Shown here: piece after piece, positions 26,961 to 41,664 of the stretch | How the letters are laid out: every line of letters starts with the position of its first letter | Numbering within the stretch: position 1 is the stretch's first letter | Assembly (NCBI GenBank): GCA_964016885.1 | Contig: OZ024741.1 | Span: 288,238,001-288,302,000, forward strand | Source: Eledone cirrhosa | Lineage: Eukaryota | Direction of reading: 5' to 3' | Length of the DNA stretch: 64,000 nt | The notes under the pieces: model-generated | The model's database searches: none | Told to the model about the DNA's origin: nothing | What the model saw: the letters and a program-made list of their open reading frames with translations, nothing else | Program-made: the position numbers and the translations under genes

Positions 26961-27449
26961 GTGTGTGTGTGTATGTGTGTGTGTGTGTGTACGCGCGAGC
27001 ATTGTTCAGTTAAAGAAGGAAGGGCAGTGTTCATAACCCCTCTCAGGTATTCCAAAACAGGTGGGAGGAAGGAAGCTATCTTTAGACCACCAGATACCTG
27101 GTCTGAATCCACGCAACAGCAAACTTATCTAGAGGCGCAAGTGCCATGTAGTGGTTTTAGATATATACATTGGTATCTATTTAGAAAGATATCTATCTAT
27201 CTATCTATCTATCTATTTATGTGTGATGTGCAACCCCCATCACGTCCCCTCCCTTTTGAGGTTATTTTCGATTATTTTCATGTTACACCCTTTTTACTCG
27301 ATTATATGTAAACTCCCCCTTTGTATTTGTCCCTTCTTTTTATGCCTTTATGGTAAATAAAGAAATCTATCTATCTATTTATGTGTGTATGCGAGTGTGC
27401 GTGTGTACACATATCCATAACTCTTAAAACGATCGATAGAGAGACATCC

Positions 27450-27940
27450 CCACCGATCTCCGTGGGAAATATTTTTTTTCTTCAGTTTTTCGTGTGCTAT
27501 CCAATTTAACTTACCCCTTAATATGGTTCGAAGTACTTTTTCAATGGAAAAGAGAGGCAGGACTCTCGGACTTTCCACCGAGTTTTCTTTACCATTTCAT
27601 TTATCCTCGTTTTTTTTTTCGTGTGCTACTAAGTAATATTACCTCCAAATATCAAGCAAAATACTTTTTTTACCCCCAGAAAACTGAGGGGGCGGCGACT
27701 AGGATCTTCCCCCTCCATTCTCGGAGTTTTCTTTACCTTCTAACCCTAATCCCAATCGAGCCTTGATCCTAACCCATACCCTCGGGGAGGGAGAGTGAAA
27801 ACTCAAGGTGGTCCCTCCCCCCTCTCACTCCCTTGTACGGGAAAAAACTCCTTAGGACCATATAAGGAGGTAAGTTTAATAGATAGATAGCACACGAAAA
27901 ATAAAAACGAAGAAAAAAAATATTTCCCACAGAAATCCGT
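27450..27940. mobile_element. Putative MITE/fold-back element with ~90-bp imperfect TIRs
   Basis: gtgggaaatattttttttcttc..tttttcgtgtgctatc..aacttacccctta vs taaggaggtaagtt..gatagcacacgaaaaa..gaagaaaaaaaatatttcccac. No TSD identified. Confidence 0.55.
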
Positions 27941-28695
27941 GTGTGTGTCTTTCTACAATAAAATTCAAACGATCCTCATCGTCCCACCTACACACATCGC
28001 CAATAACATCAAAAGCGAACCGCTAGAAAGAGCAGCCAAAACAACCTACTGTGTTAAAAAAAAAACGAAGGAAAATGAATAATGCAATTTTACGTTGGGT
28101 TGAGTATGGCTAGAATGTCTTTTATCCTAGGTTTGCACGACCAGGACAATCCTGTGGTTAAACAATAACGACAATTACGGAAGAAATATATCGAATAAAT
28201 ACACCCACACAAACACAAGTGTGTGTATGAATATATATATATGTGTATGTGTGTATATATATGTGTGTATAAAAACTCAACCTATATGAGGTACTTTTTC
28301 ATTTATAAACATGAAAATATATATACGTAGAGCATATATATACGAGAAATCTTTGCAATATTTAAAACTAAAACAACGTAAGATGACACCGACAAGTGAA
28401 GTTCGAATTAAGGTTGTACAATAGGTGAGTGTGAGTATTATATATATATATATATATAACCATAAATATTGAATACGGCGTGGGCACGAGCACACACAAT
28501 ATATATTTATTATATGCGTTTATATATATGTTTATATTTTCATTCAGTAAGAATTATAAAGAATTTGTTATGTTATTTATACAACTGTTAATCATAAAAA
28601 TTAATTAATATATATGGATGAGCTGTTAATAGTTAAGACTTGTAAGACTATCATTCAACTTCGTACTCTAGAAGCTTAGCCGTAGAGCAAAGAAT

Positions 28696-28759
<64 letters not shown>

Positions 28760-29058
28760 ACACACGATATACATACATGTGTGTGTGTATGTGTGTGAAA
28801 AGATTGCGTGCATGTGCGTGTACACACGATATACATACATATATGTGAGTGTGTGTAAGAGTGAACGTGGGTATGTCTATGTGAACACAAGCATCGAATT
28901 ACAATAAAAGAATAACTATCGTACTATTTTTCTTCAATATCGACACCTTCCACCCCCTTCATATCATCGTCGCCATCATGATCACAATCCAATTCATCAA
29001 GATAAGAAGAAATAAAGGAATAAAAGAGATGTGAGAAAACATTCGTAAGAACACTCAC

Positions 29059-29110
29059 CCGTCAAAACGAAGTGATTGAAATTATCCTTTGACGCCGTTT
29101 CATGCATCAT
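29059..29110 (-). other. Possible short first coding exon (MMHETASKDNFNHFVLT + G|GTGAGT)
   Basis: ATG-initiated stretch of 17 codons ending in a consensus donor CGG|GTGAGT in non-repetitive DNA. No homology recognised. Confidence 0.25.
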
Positions 29111-29929
29111 AATCCTTGTGCATAGTAAGACAGCCGTATATATAGCAAGCAAACGTGTGTATATGTATGTATATATATATAGAGAGAGAGAGAGTGAGAG
29201 AGAAATAAATAAATATATAGAGAGAAAGAGGGGCTTATGGAAATAGATATAAAGGTGTAAATGCGTGCGTGTATATATTTATATGTATATATGAAGTAAG
29301 AACGTATATATGTATATATTACGTTTATGTGTATTATTTGATGGCGTACATACCGTAGTTGAAATGTTAGATAAGAGGGAATGGTGATTGAGATAAGGTT
29401 AGTTATTTCAAAACGCCACTAGAAATGAACAATATTTTCATCGAATACTAAATAACAAAAACATTTCTCCCTCTTCTCTGGTAGACATGTGTCAGGGAGA
29501 TAACTACTGTCAGATTTATTTCAATGGAAAAAAAATATATAAACCGGAGCAGCATTATGGTGCGTCATAATTCTCATGTCACCGTTGCCGGTTCATGAAA
29601 CAAAGAGTTGCGAATGCATGCATCCTCAAAGACGTTCAAGCCAATCATGACTGTTTCGATTCTTTCAAATATAGTGTATGCAAAACTACATTATCCAATA
29701 CATTCTCACATTATTTTCAAATGTATAATTTGAAGGGAATTTGGCTGTTATTTCTAGCATGTTCCCGACTACGTAGATTGTCCTTCGTTGGTTTCGTGTA
29801 AATGTTTTGTAAATTTGAGTCGTAGCGCCGTCGTTGGCACTTTTATCCCGGTGGAACTGATCCTTCTCCAAGTTTGAACACAGTCGATTTCTCCCAGAGA
29901 AAGTAAGAAATAGATTAGAGGAAGAATTG

Positions 29930-30610
29930 ACCCCAGTACTAAACTGTTACTTTTATTTTATCGACCTTGGAAGGATAAAAAGCAAAGTTGACCTCGACAG
30001 AATTTAGACTTAGAGCACATAGAGGCGAAATGGAATGGATACCACAAAACTTTCTATCGAATGTTCCAGTAATTCTGCCGCCTTGTTTTGTAAATTACGG
30101 AGGTACAAATTTAGAACACTCACTCAAGCCCATAGGCTCCACCTGGGACATCGACAATTTCCCTCCTCTTTTCCCTGTCCTGGAAATTCTCTAATTGACC
30201 ACAACTCCATCCATATCTTCTCATTTCGTTCTCCTGGTCGTGTCATCTGGAGTTCCTTTGCTTTCTCGTTATCCTCTCTCCTGGAGGTTCTACAATTGGT
30301 ACTGCTTAGATGACATTATTAACTTTGCCTTTCATCCTTACGGGGTCGATAAAATGAAGTACCAGTAATGCACTGGATTAATTGCTGGCCTTGTGCCAAA
30401 AGTAGAAATAATTATGTTAAGGCGGTGGATTGGCAGTATCGGTAGAGAGTCAGACACCATGCTTCCCAGCATAGTTACGTCCCTTTACGATCTGAGTTCA
30501 AATCCCGCCGAGGTTGACTTTGCCTTTCATCCTTACGGGGTCGATAAAATAAAGTACCAGTAATGCACTGGGTAATTGCTGACCTTGTGCCTAAAGTAGA
30601 AACAATTATG
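29930..30610. mobile_element. SINE cluster (minus copy 29930-30080; tandem plus copies 30318-30415 and 30419-30610)
   Basis: SINE core and tail motifs. Confidence 0.85.
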
Positions 30611-31599
30611 TTAGGGCTTTCTGGGGAAGGTGGATTAATCTAGCGTCCCTCACTTCATTCGGATGAAGATGTGTCGCTTAGCGTTAGGTTCGACTCACAA
30701 CCGTAAGGTCGTAAGTTCGATTACCAGCGGCCTGTCTCTTTGAGCAAGATATTTTATTTCACGTTGCTCCAGTCAGACCCCACGCCAAGCTTTGGTGTTT
30801 TTCAGAACATTCTGGATGTGTACTCTAATTCGCAAAGAACGTATTTCGGAATGTTTTTATAAATTCTTTTTTCTAAATTTTAGGATGTACCATTAAAAAG
30901 TAGGCGAACAGAAACATCTTGTGCTCCCTCCCTTGGCGACGGGCTCAGCTCCAATCCAGGCAGCTGGCAAAAATGAGTTGTATCTGTAATTCAAAAGGTC
31001 AGCCACCTTACTCATTGTGTCACGATGAATCTTACCGAGAATTACATTAAGGGTGCTCGTGTCTGTGGCATGTTGAGCGAATTGCACGTTAATTTCACGA
31101 GCAGGCTGTTCTGTTGTTCGAACACCTGGAACATTCGTCGGGGAAACAGACGGAGATCCAACACATATCATTTGATCTCTGAGTCAACAGAGTTCTGTTG
31201 GGTTGCTTCAACAAGGCTATGTTCGGTTGCTTTAACAAGGTTATGTTGTCGAATTTCGTAAGCCAAATAATTTTTAGTTTCCTTCCCAGGATACTAAATG
31301 TAGGCTTAGATTTTTTTTTTAAAGTCGATTTCGTATATTTTCACGACGCCGCCCCATATAGAAAGACGGATTTCATTTTAAATTGAAGATATGGATCTTA
31401 GTGTTCCTGGGGAATTACAGCTACAATCGATTTTACAGTTTTCCAAACAAATTCCATCTACCCTATTTCACTGATAAGGGTCACCACTAGGCTTTGGTGT
31501 ATGATACTTGCCCAAGGAACCACGCCATAGGATCGTAGTCGAGACTTACAGATTACAAAGAGAACTTCTTACCCATTCGGCCATTACTGCCGCTATTCG

Positions 31600-32310
31600 A
31601 GGATGACAGATTGGCATAATCGATAGAGCATCGGACAAATATTTTACAGTATTTGTTCCGGTTCTTTACGCTCTGGGTTCAAATCTCGCCGAGATCAACT
31701 TTACCTTACATTCTTCCGATTCAATAAAAGTACCAGTCAAGTACTGGAGTCGACTTTCATCTTTCCCCCAAATTGCTGGTCTTGTGGCTAAATTAAAAAC
31801 CATTATTATTGCTGCTATTAAGTCAGTAGATTTGATAGAATCATTAGAGTTTGGCACAAAATACTTCTACAGTACTTAGTTACGACTCTTTACGTTCTGA
31901 ATTCAAATCCCGTCACGGTCAGCTTAACTTTTCATCCTTCCGATATTAAGGAAATGTAGGAGTCACTTTAAAATTCCTAAAATGTTTAATAACCCAGATA
32001 TCGATGAAGGTATAATAGAAGTTGAAAACTGTTTCCCATCCATCTGAAATCGATAAAATAAGGTACCAGTCGATTATTGAACTCTTTAATATTAAATATT
32101 CTTAAGGGTGGTAGATTGGGAGAATCGTTAGAGAGTCGAGCAATGCTTTGAAGCATTTAGTTATGGCATTTTACCTTCTGAATTCAAATCCCGCTGATGT
32201 CAACTTTGCCTTTCACTCTTCTGGGAATTATAAAACACTGGGGATTGAATTAATCGACTTATTTTCCCCCCTCACATAGCTAATATGGTACCTAAATTAG
32301 AAACTAATGT
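31600..32310 (+). mobile_element. Cluster of three to four diverged SINEs
   Basis: Repeated (g)ttcaaatc(t/c)cg..aacttt..cttt..catcc cores at ~31675, 31900 and 32180. Confidence 0.7.
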
Positions 32311-33158
32311 TAAATATTCTCATAATATAGCTTAAATGTAAATGGAATTATGAGACCTTGAATAACTTTAGCTCAAGCTATTTTTAATATATACCCAAGT
32401 ACTGTTGAATACTACTTCCTGAAACACATCTTCAGATTATGTTCAATAATTATTGTCGAGTATGTTACTAAATAACGCAGTCGTCGTTGACGACATAGTG
32501 GATCAAATTACATCAGATTTGGGTTAAACGCAACGAACGGAAACCTACATACGATTACGTCATAGTAATATTTCCTCTGGCTCTACATCTGGACAGCTGA
32601 AGATGAATTTAAACCTGCATGTCGTTAATAACCAATGCAGCAGTGTATATATATTTATTTATTTATATGTTGTGTGTGTGTGTGTGTTTAACGAAGTGTA
32701 TTTTTAAGAAATTATTAGATAGATTAACGATTGTAAGATGAAATAACAAGAATATATGATTTACTTTATATATAAAGATTTACTTCACTTGAGTCAAAAA
32801 GAACAATAATCAAGTTACCACGAGTTGCGAAGGTTGACAATGTTATTTTGTTGTTGATGTGAATGAGGCTGGTTTAGTCTGCGACCAGGAGAGAGATAGA
32901 GAGGATAATGGTCTGTAATTGACTGTAGACCACTGTGGCCTGTAGATAGCGGTGAATCCTTACATAGCTGGTCTGTATCGTAGTGCTCCGATCTTTCTGT
33001 ATCTAAGGTGGGAAAATATAGGCTTTATATACCTGTCGCTTTCTGTCTCCCACCTTGAGGGGATAGCCCACGCATGAACCTGTTCACACCAAAAGGGTGG
33101 TGACCTAGAGTTTGACCTTTAGGTGTCACCCAAGGTTCAAGGTGTGGACATATTTCGC

Positions 33159-33195
<37 letters not shown>

Positions 33196-33370
33196 ATATT
33201 TGGGGAGGGTCATATTGTTATAATATTGCCAGAAATAATGATAAAACACACTGAGTTTGGTTTGGGTTGGTTTTCGCTACTGTATCTTTTATATCTCCAT
33301 AGTTAATTTATCTGGCAATAAATGTTTATTATTGATTGACCAACGGTTAAAAATATAAATATATATATAT

Positions 33371-34400
33371 AGTCTATCAAAGTTTTTCGTCACACATCTG
33401 TGACATCATCAGTGGTACTATTATGTTTCCTCCCGTCCATTGTATTGTAATGTCTACGCCATTTTTATTTTATTTATTTATTTATTCTTGTCTCTGTCTC
33501 TGTTTGTGCATGCGTTTGCGTATGTGTTTCTGTTTGGTGTGAGTGTTCGCTTTTTAGTCTATGTGTTTTGTATTCTATCTTTGTTTACTAGTGTGTGTTT
33601 ATGTGTGTTTGTTGTTATTGTACTTGTGTATATATATCTATTTATTTATATTTCCCTTAGGTTAGTATTGTGTGTTTGGGTATGGTTGTTCTTATTCCAA
33701 TCGTTTTTTCTGTTCTATTTCAGTTGCTTCTCTGATTTGTCTACCCGTTGAGTCATTTCTAGGTTTAGATATTATTTTAATTTCTATCTTGTTTATATTA
33801 CCATCATGTCTTTGTCTGGCGTGTTCGTATAGTACTGAACCTTCTTTTCGTCTTTTTAGTTCCCTCCCAGTGCTGGTCTATTCTCTCTCCTATGCTTCGA
33901 GCTGTCTCACCTATGTATGTCGTTGTCATGTTTCTGCAAGTACCCTCTGTACATCTTATGCTATAGGCTACATTTTTAGTTTTACAATTTATTTGAGGGT
34001 TCATTCTACATATAACACATTTCTTATTCGTACAGTGGGTTTTCTTAAAGGGGTATGTTTTGCTGATCAGGGATTTTATGGTAGTTCCTGGCTATTCTAC
34101 CACTTTAATCTTTAGATGGGTCTTTCTTAGGGCCTTTCTACATTGGTTAGCTAATTTGCCTCCAGGGATAGCATCCAATAACATGACATCTGGTATCTCT
34201 GGTTGTCGTACCATGAAGTGGCTTTCCCTATCTTATGTTTAGTCCTATCTAAGCTATTCCATGATTTGCTCCTGTATAATTGGCAAATTCCTTTCATGTC
34301 CATTTCTATGAGGGTCTTATATTTCTCCGTAGCTCTATTGTATACTCTGATTCTGTCTCTTTGGTTGTAGCCAGAGAACTGCATGCGATTGATGAAGTAT
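33371..34400 (-). mobile_element. Penelope-like element 3' part: linker + GIY-YIG endonuclease + 3' UTR with hammerhead-like core
   Basis: ORF 33804-34004 KNVAYSIRC...TYIGETARSIGERIDQH is a GIY-YIG signature. ORF 34151-34384 MQFSGYN..LYRSKSW. Downstream on the same strand: CTGATGA-t-gtcaca gatg tgtgac-GAAA (33385-33412), ending at (TA)n. Confidence 0.85.
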
Positions 34401-34590
34401 AGCGATGAAGAGACGGATCTTCAGGTCTTTACGAAGGTTCGACATATTTATATCTGTATTTTAAACCGTTGGTCAATCAATGATAAACCTGGATTGCCAG
34501 ATAAATTAACTATGGAGATGTAAAAGATACAGAAGCGAAAACCAATCCAAACCAAACAGTGAGTGTGTTTTATTATTATTTCTGGCAATA

Positions 34591-34769
34591 GGGCGGTGGA
34601 TTGGCAGTATCGGGTGCAGCATAGAGTTACAGCCCTTTATGATCTGAGTTCAAATCCCGCCGAGGTTCACTTTGCCTTTCATCCTTACGGAGTCGATAAA
34701 ATAAAGTACCAGTCATGTACCAGGGTCGATTTAATCAACTTTCCCTCCCCTTGTGCCTATATAAGAAAT
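34591..34769 (+). mobile_element. SINE with 20-bp target-site duplication
   Basis: tattattatttctggcaata at 34571-34590 and 34770-34789. Confidence 0.92.
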
Positions 34770-34863
34770 TATTATTATTTCTGGCAATATTATAACAATA
34801 TGACTCTCCCCAAATATAACAATATTTGTTTCAACACACGATTTCATATCAAAATCCTTGCAA

Positions 34864-34915
<52 letters not shown>

Positions 34916-34990
34916 AAGTATATTTACTGACGACATAGTTCTGGTGACAAACATAGTGAAGGAGGCAGAGGAGTTGATATATATATACTT

Positions 34991-36013
<1,023 letters not shown>

Positions 36014-36169
36014 CCTCTGCCTCATTCACTATGTTTGTCAGCTGAACTATGTCGTCAGTAAATTCAGCATATCTGATATCTTTTTAGCCTTAACTCTCCT
36101 GCTCTAAGCCAGTGCTACTGTAAAGCCCGAGTCCTGGATTTTTTCCAGTGCAAAACTGCGATAATAAAA

Positions 36170-36708
36170 ACGTAACCGCTAGAGTTGGTAGAGGACTTCC
36201 TGTATCTGTGGAGCAAAGATTGGGAACACAGAGGGTGGTGTGGTGGAGAGGAAGAGCAAAGCCTGGGCGGCGTGACACGGTTTGAGGTTGGTGTGGAAGT
36301 CGGACCTTCGTAAAGACCTGAAGATCCGTCTCTTCGTTGCTACTGTGGAGTTTGTGCTGCTGTACGGGTCTGAGACTTGGACACTGACCAAAAGACTCAC
36401 TCAGGTTGTAGATGGGTGTTCCACGAGAATGCAGAGGATGGCTCTGAACATTAATCAATATTCACTGAAGATGAAGAACTCAGAGCTGTACGGGAGCCTT
36501 CCAAAAGTCAGCTCGAAAGTAACGCAGAGGAGACTGAGGTTAACTGGACATGCTCACCGACATTCAGTGCCTACACTTCACTCAGTGGTTCTGTGGGAGC
36601 CTCTACACTTACACACTAGAAGAGGGAGAGCGAGGATGACATATATTGATGCCCTAAGGACAGACACGGGAGAGAACTCGTCCATGGATCTCGGAATTTT
36701 AGCCGCCC

Positions 36709-36710
<2 letters not shown>
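36170..36710 (+). mobile_element. RTE LINE fragment
   Basis: LKIRLFVATVEFVLLYGSETWTLTK...RRLRLTGH...RRGRARMTYID. A short inverted piece of the same sequence lies at ~34405-34443. Confidence 0.85.
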
Positions 36711-36741
<31 letters not shown>

Positions 36742-36745
<4 letters not shown>

Positions 36746-37395
36746 GAGCGGAACAAGTAAACATTAAACAATCTTTTAAATAAATTAAAATACGATTTAA
36801 ATATTCACCCGTTCTAGTGCTGTGACCGACGGTTTCGCTTATCAAAAGATTGGAAATTCAGAGAATTTCCAATGGAAAGAATCAGCTCTTCAAACAGCTA
36901 TTTCCATACCACAGGGCACAAAAGCCTTGTAGTAGTAAATATATCGCTTTTTGCCCAATGCATGAGGTCAGGCCGTTAAAGTGACCCACACATAAATAGG
37001 TCGTAAGAAAAAGCGGGAATTATAGACTTGTTGAAATTTCATGTTACTAAAAATAGCAGCACGATACAACATTTTTTTCTCTACATAGAAGGAGAATACA
37101 AATAAATGATATAGATATTCCAGTAGGTACTAAGTACCCACGGAAATATATATGGTGTCTATAACAGTTGTTGTTCAATGGTACTAATTTGGGATACCAG
37201 AATTATAAAAATGAGCGGAACAAGTAAACATTAAACAATCTTTTAAATAAATTAAAATACGATTTAAATATTCACCTGTTCTAGTGCTGTGACCGACGGT
37301 TTCGCTTATCAAAGGATTGGAAATTCAGAGAATTTCCAGTGGAAAGAATCATCTCTTCAGACAGCTATTTCCATACCACAGGGCTCAAAAGCCTT
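36742..37395 (-). mobile_element. Retrozyme-like element: 187-bp direct repeats (period 467), each containing a hammerhead
   Basis: 36742-36928 and 37209-37395 are near-identical. (TA)n on both sides; no long ORF. Confidence 0.85.
37286..37365 (-). ncRNA. Type I hammerhead ribozyme (second copy at 36819-36898)
   Basis: gctgt-CTGAAGA-g..ggaaattc tct gaatttcc..agc-GAA-ACCGTCGGT-C-acagc, with a GUC site. The 36819 copy has TTGAAGA but an intact gct/agc stem II base. Confidence 0.85.
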
Positions 37396-37406
37396 ATATA
37401 TATATA

Positions 37407-38577
<1,171 letters not shown>

Positions 38578-38579
38578 TA

Positions 38580-38661
<82 letters not shown>

Positions 38662-38700
38662 AATAAACGTGCTGCGTGGTTGCTAATGGGTTACATATGA

Positions 38701-39020
38701 ATAAAGTTAGTCCTTCATCAGTGATCTTCCAACCATCATTGGTATTTCATCGCTTTAAAGACCATATACCTCCGGTTGGTGCGAGCAACGGCAAAAAAAA
38801 ATCGTTGGGACACGTAAATAAAGGGGACACGAGTGTAAACAAACAAAGATGGTGAAGCAACGGTTGCTTCACCATCTTTGTTTGTTTACACTCGTGTCCC
38901 CTTTATTTACGTGTCCCAACGACTTTTTTTAGCCGTTGCTCGCACCAACCGGAGGTATATGGTCTTTAAAGCGATGAAATACCAATGATGGTTGGAAGAT
39001 CACTGATGAAGGACTAACTT

Positions 39021-39023
<3 letters not shown>
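38701..39023. repeat. Near-perfect ~320-bp palindrome between (TA)n tracts
   Basis: Arms 38701-38861 and 38863-39023 with a 1-nt centre. Each outer end carries a truncated CTGATGA-aggac hammerhead start (39003-39014). Confidence 0.9.
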
Positions 39024-39076
<53 letters not shown>

Positions 39077-39084
39077 AGTATTTA

Positions 39085-40200
39085 TACACGTGGGGCATTC
39101 AGAAACTTCGTGGAAAAATGGAATGAAAGAAAACTATTTTATGTAAAAGCTATTTTTCTACACATAAGCATCATCAACATCAAAACACTTTTGTAAACGC
39201 TGAAACCACCCGTTTATAACGTCCCCATAGAACTATAAGTATTGAGAATGCAACCATGTCAAATTAGCCATTTATAAATAACATTGAGAAGCTTTTAAAC
39301 AAATTCTAACTTGAGGAAATAAGAAAAAAATAGAAGGTGCTAAATTAGGACTGTAGGGTGGATGTCTAATAATTTCCCATCAAAATTTCCGCAAGATTTC
39401 CCTCTCATGATGAGGCATTGTCGTCATGGAAAATAACTCTGTGATGAAGTTTTCCAGGGCTTTTCTGCTAAATTTCTGGCTAATTTTCTAAAAAATTTTC
39501 GTAGTAAGCAAATGTTACTGTTTTTCCTCCCTCGAAGAAGTCAACAAACAAAAACACTGTTGCCATAAACTTTCGCACTGAACGCTTCACCCTTGCTTTG
39601 CCCGAGCCCTTTCAATGTTTGGGTAACTATTGCTTTGATTGAGCTTTGTCTACACGAATATACCGATAAAGCCGTGTTTCATCTGCAGTCACAATTCGCC
39701 TCAAAATGTCTTCTGTTTTTGTTTGATGTTGACCCGGGCACAACAGCCTTGGCTCACAGTAGTCAGAAAGTTTGCTCAGCTTTAATTTATCACATAAGAT
39801 TGTGTGAACTAAATTAACAACGATGTCTAGTGTGTGAGCTATTTTATCTACTCTTAATCGTCGGTTTCTGTCAATTGAAGCTCAAACATTATCCATTTTT
39901 TCTTCACAAACTGATGTTGATGGCTTGTCTGTCCATTTAGCACCTTCAACTCTGTTTCATCTTTCGTTGAAACGAGTTATCCAGTTGTAAATTATTGAAT
40001 TTTTAGGGAAGTGTCTCCATAAACATTCTCAAAGCTTCAACACTGTCCTTTTTCTTCCAACCAAGTTTTACCATAAATTTTATGTAGGTTCTTGCTCCAG
40101 TTTTGACAGAACATATGTTGCTTTAAGCGTGGGTGTTTTTAAAATGGCGTAAATTTCAATTCATTCGGATTACTTCATGATAATACATATTAGAACACGT
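39085..40200 (-). mobile_element. Highly degenerate mariner-like DNA transposon
   Basis: Terminal tacacgtggggcattcagaaacttcgtggaaaaatg resembles the reverse complement of the mariner end at 50835-50866. Internal remnants resemble the HDN and PNLAPS motifs. Confidence 0.55.
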
Positions 40201-40291
40201 ATGTACACGTTTAAGTTGCTGCAAGCAAGTAGCAAAGTGTTTGTATAGTGTTCCTATAAAAGATATTTTCCATGAACTTTTAAATGCCCCT

Positions 40292-40437
<146 letters not shown>

Positions 40438-41397
40438 GTTTTTGTATTTGTTTTGCGAGGTTCTTCAAATTGTGAGTTGAAACGTGTACTTTGGCGGGGA
40501 AATGAGGTCATACAGTGAATAAAAACACACTAACCAGTTGAGTTTTACTTCTGTTTTATTATTAGTTAGATAACTAATTCACTTATCGGTTACGTTAGCA
40601 ACTGGATAGGCCAAGATAGCCATTGAAAAAGTCACAATTTCACGAAACGTGTGTTTGGGAATTTTTGATGATGAATATTTCAGTTGATCGATCAATGGAA
40701 TAATCAGCTCATAGAATTAATATATAAGTGGTTGAGCATTCATTCCACAGACACGTTTACTCAAGGCTACTCATTTGAATTACAAATACAATACATTTTT
40801 TTATTAGCGAAATTGGCTGAGCATCCCAAAGACACCTGGTCTCTTCACGAAATCTCCACGAGGCTCCTTCCTTAAGCGGGATGCAATCTTTCCAATTTTG
40901 CGGAGGAAAACGGCAGTTCGGAGATCGAAGACATCCCAGGTCTCGACAGTAACCGGCAAGAAAAAAAAAATGGCCTTTAGCTAGTTATCTTCATCACCTC
41001 CACCGCATTACTGGCAGTCATGCTCGAGTTTCTGGTCGACACGACATGGTTGAAGGCGAAGAGCGTGTCACAGCAAATGGTGCCCCAGATTAGAGATTTA
41101 CCTCCTTCAAACGGGCAGAAGGTTGTCAAATCTGGGTGCTTACAATCACCACAGTCGATACCAGCAAGCTCTAGTTATGACAGGAAATAGTTTTTATTTT
41201 TTCAATAAGAGACCCAAAGTTTGTTTATCTACAGAAAATTATAGGATTCAGAAATTTTTATATTTACTGTACGAAGTTAACAAACAAAACTAACATTTCA
41301 TCGACTGCTGGCTATTAACTGTAATGATATATAAAAGGCTATAATTACAATTTTAAATGAAATACATTGCATGTGGGCTTCGGTTAATTTTGAAGAT

Positions 41398-41620
41398 AAT
41401 AATGGTTTCTTATATAGACACAAAGCCAGCAATTTGGGGGGAGGGGAAAGTCGGTTAAATCGACCCCAGTGCGTGACTTGTGCTTTATTTTATCGACCCC
41501 GTAAGGATGAAAGGCAAAGTTAACCTCGGCGGTATTTGAACTCAGACAGTAAAGGGTCGTAACTCTATACTGCAAAGCATGGTGTCCGACTCTCTACCGA
41601 TACTGCGAATCCACCGCCCT
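41398..41620 (-). mobile_element. tRNA-derived SINE
   Basis: Full reverse complement of the SINE consensus. Confidence 0.9.
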
Positions 41621-41624
41621 TTGA

Positions 41625-41661
<37 letters not shown>

Positions 41662-41664
<3 letters not shown>

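Larger units (their letters stand above)
33189..34825. repeat. Outer inverted repeat enclosing the Penelope fragment
   Basis: 33189-33360 is the reverse complement of 34447-34590 plus 34770-34825; the right arm is split by a SINE. Confidence 0.8.

Noticed and set aside
28373-28420. Possible hammerhead (acaacgt-AAGATGA..GAAT..aggttgt)
   Set aside because: Both core boxes deviate; too degenerate to call.
32590-32630. CTGAAGA motif as a hammerhead
   Set aside because: No GAAA box and no convincing stems.
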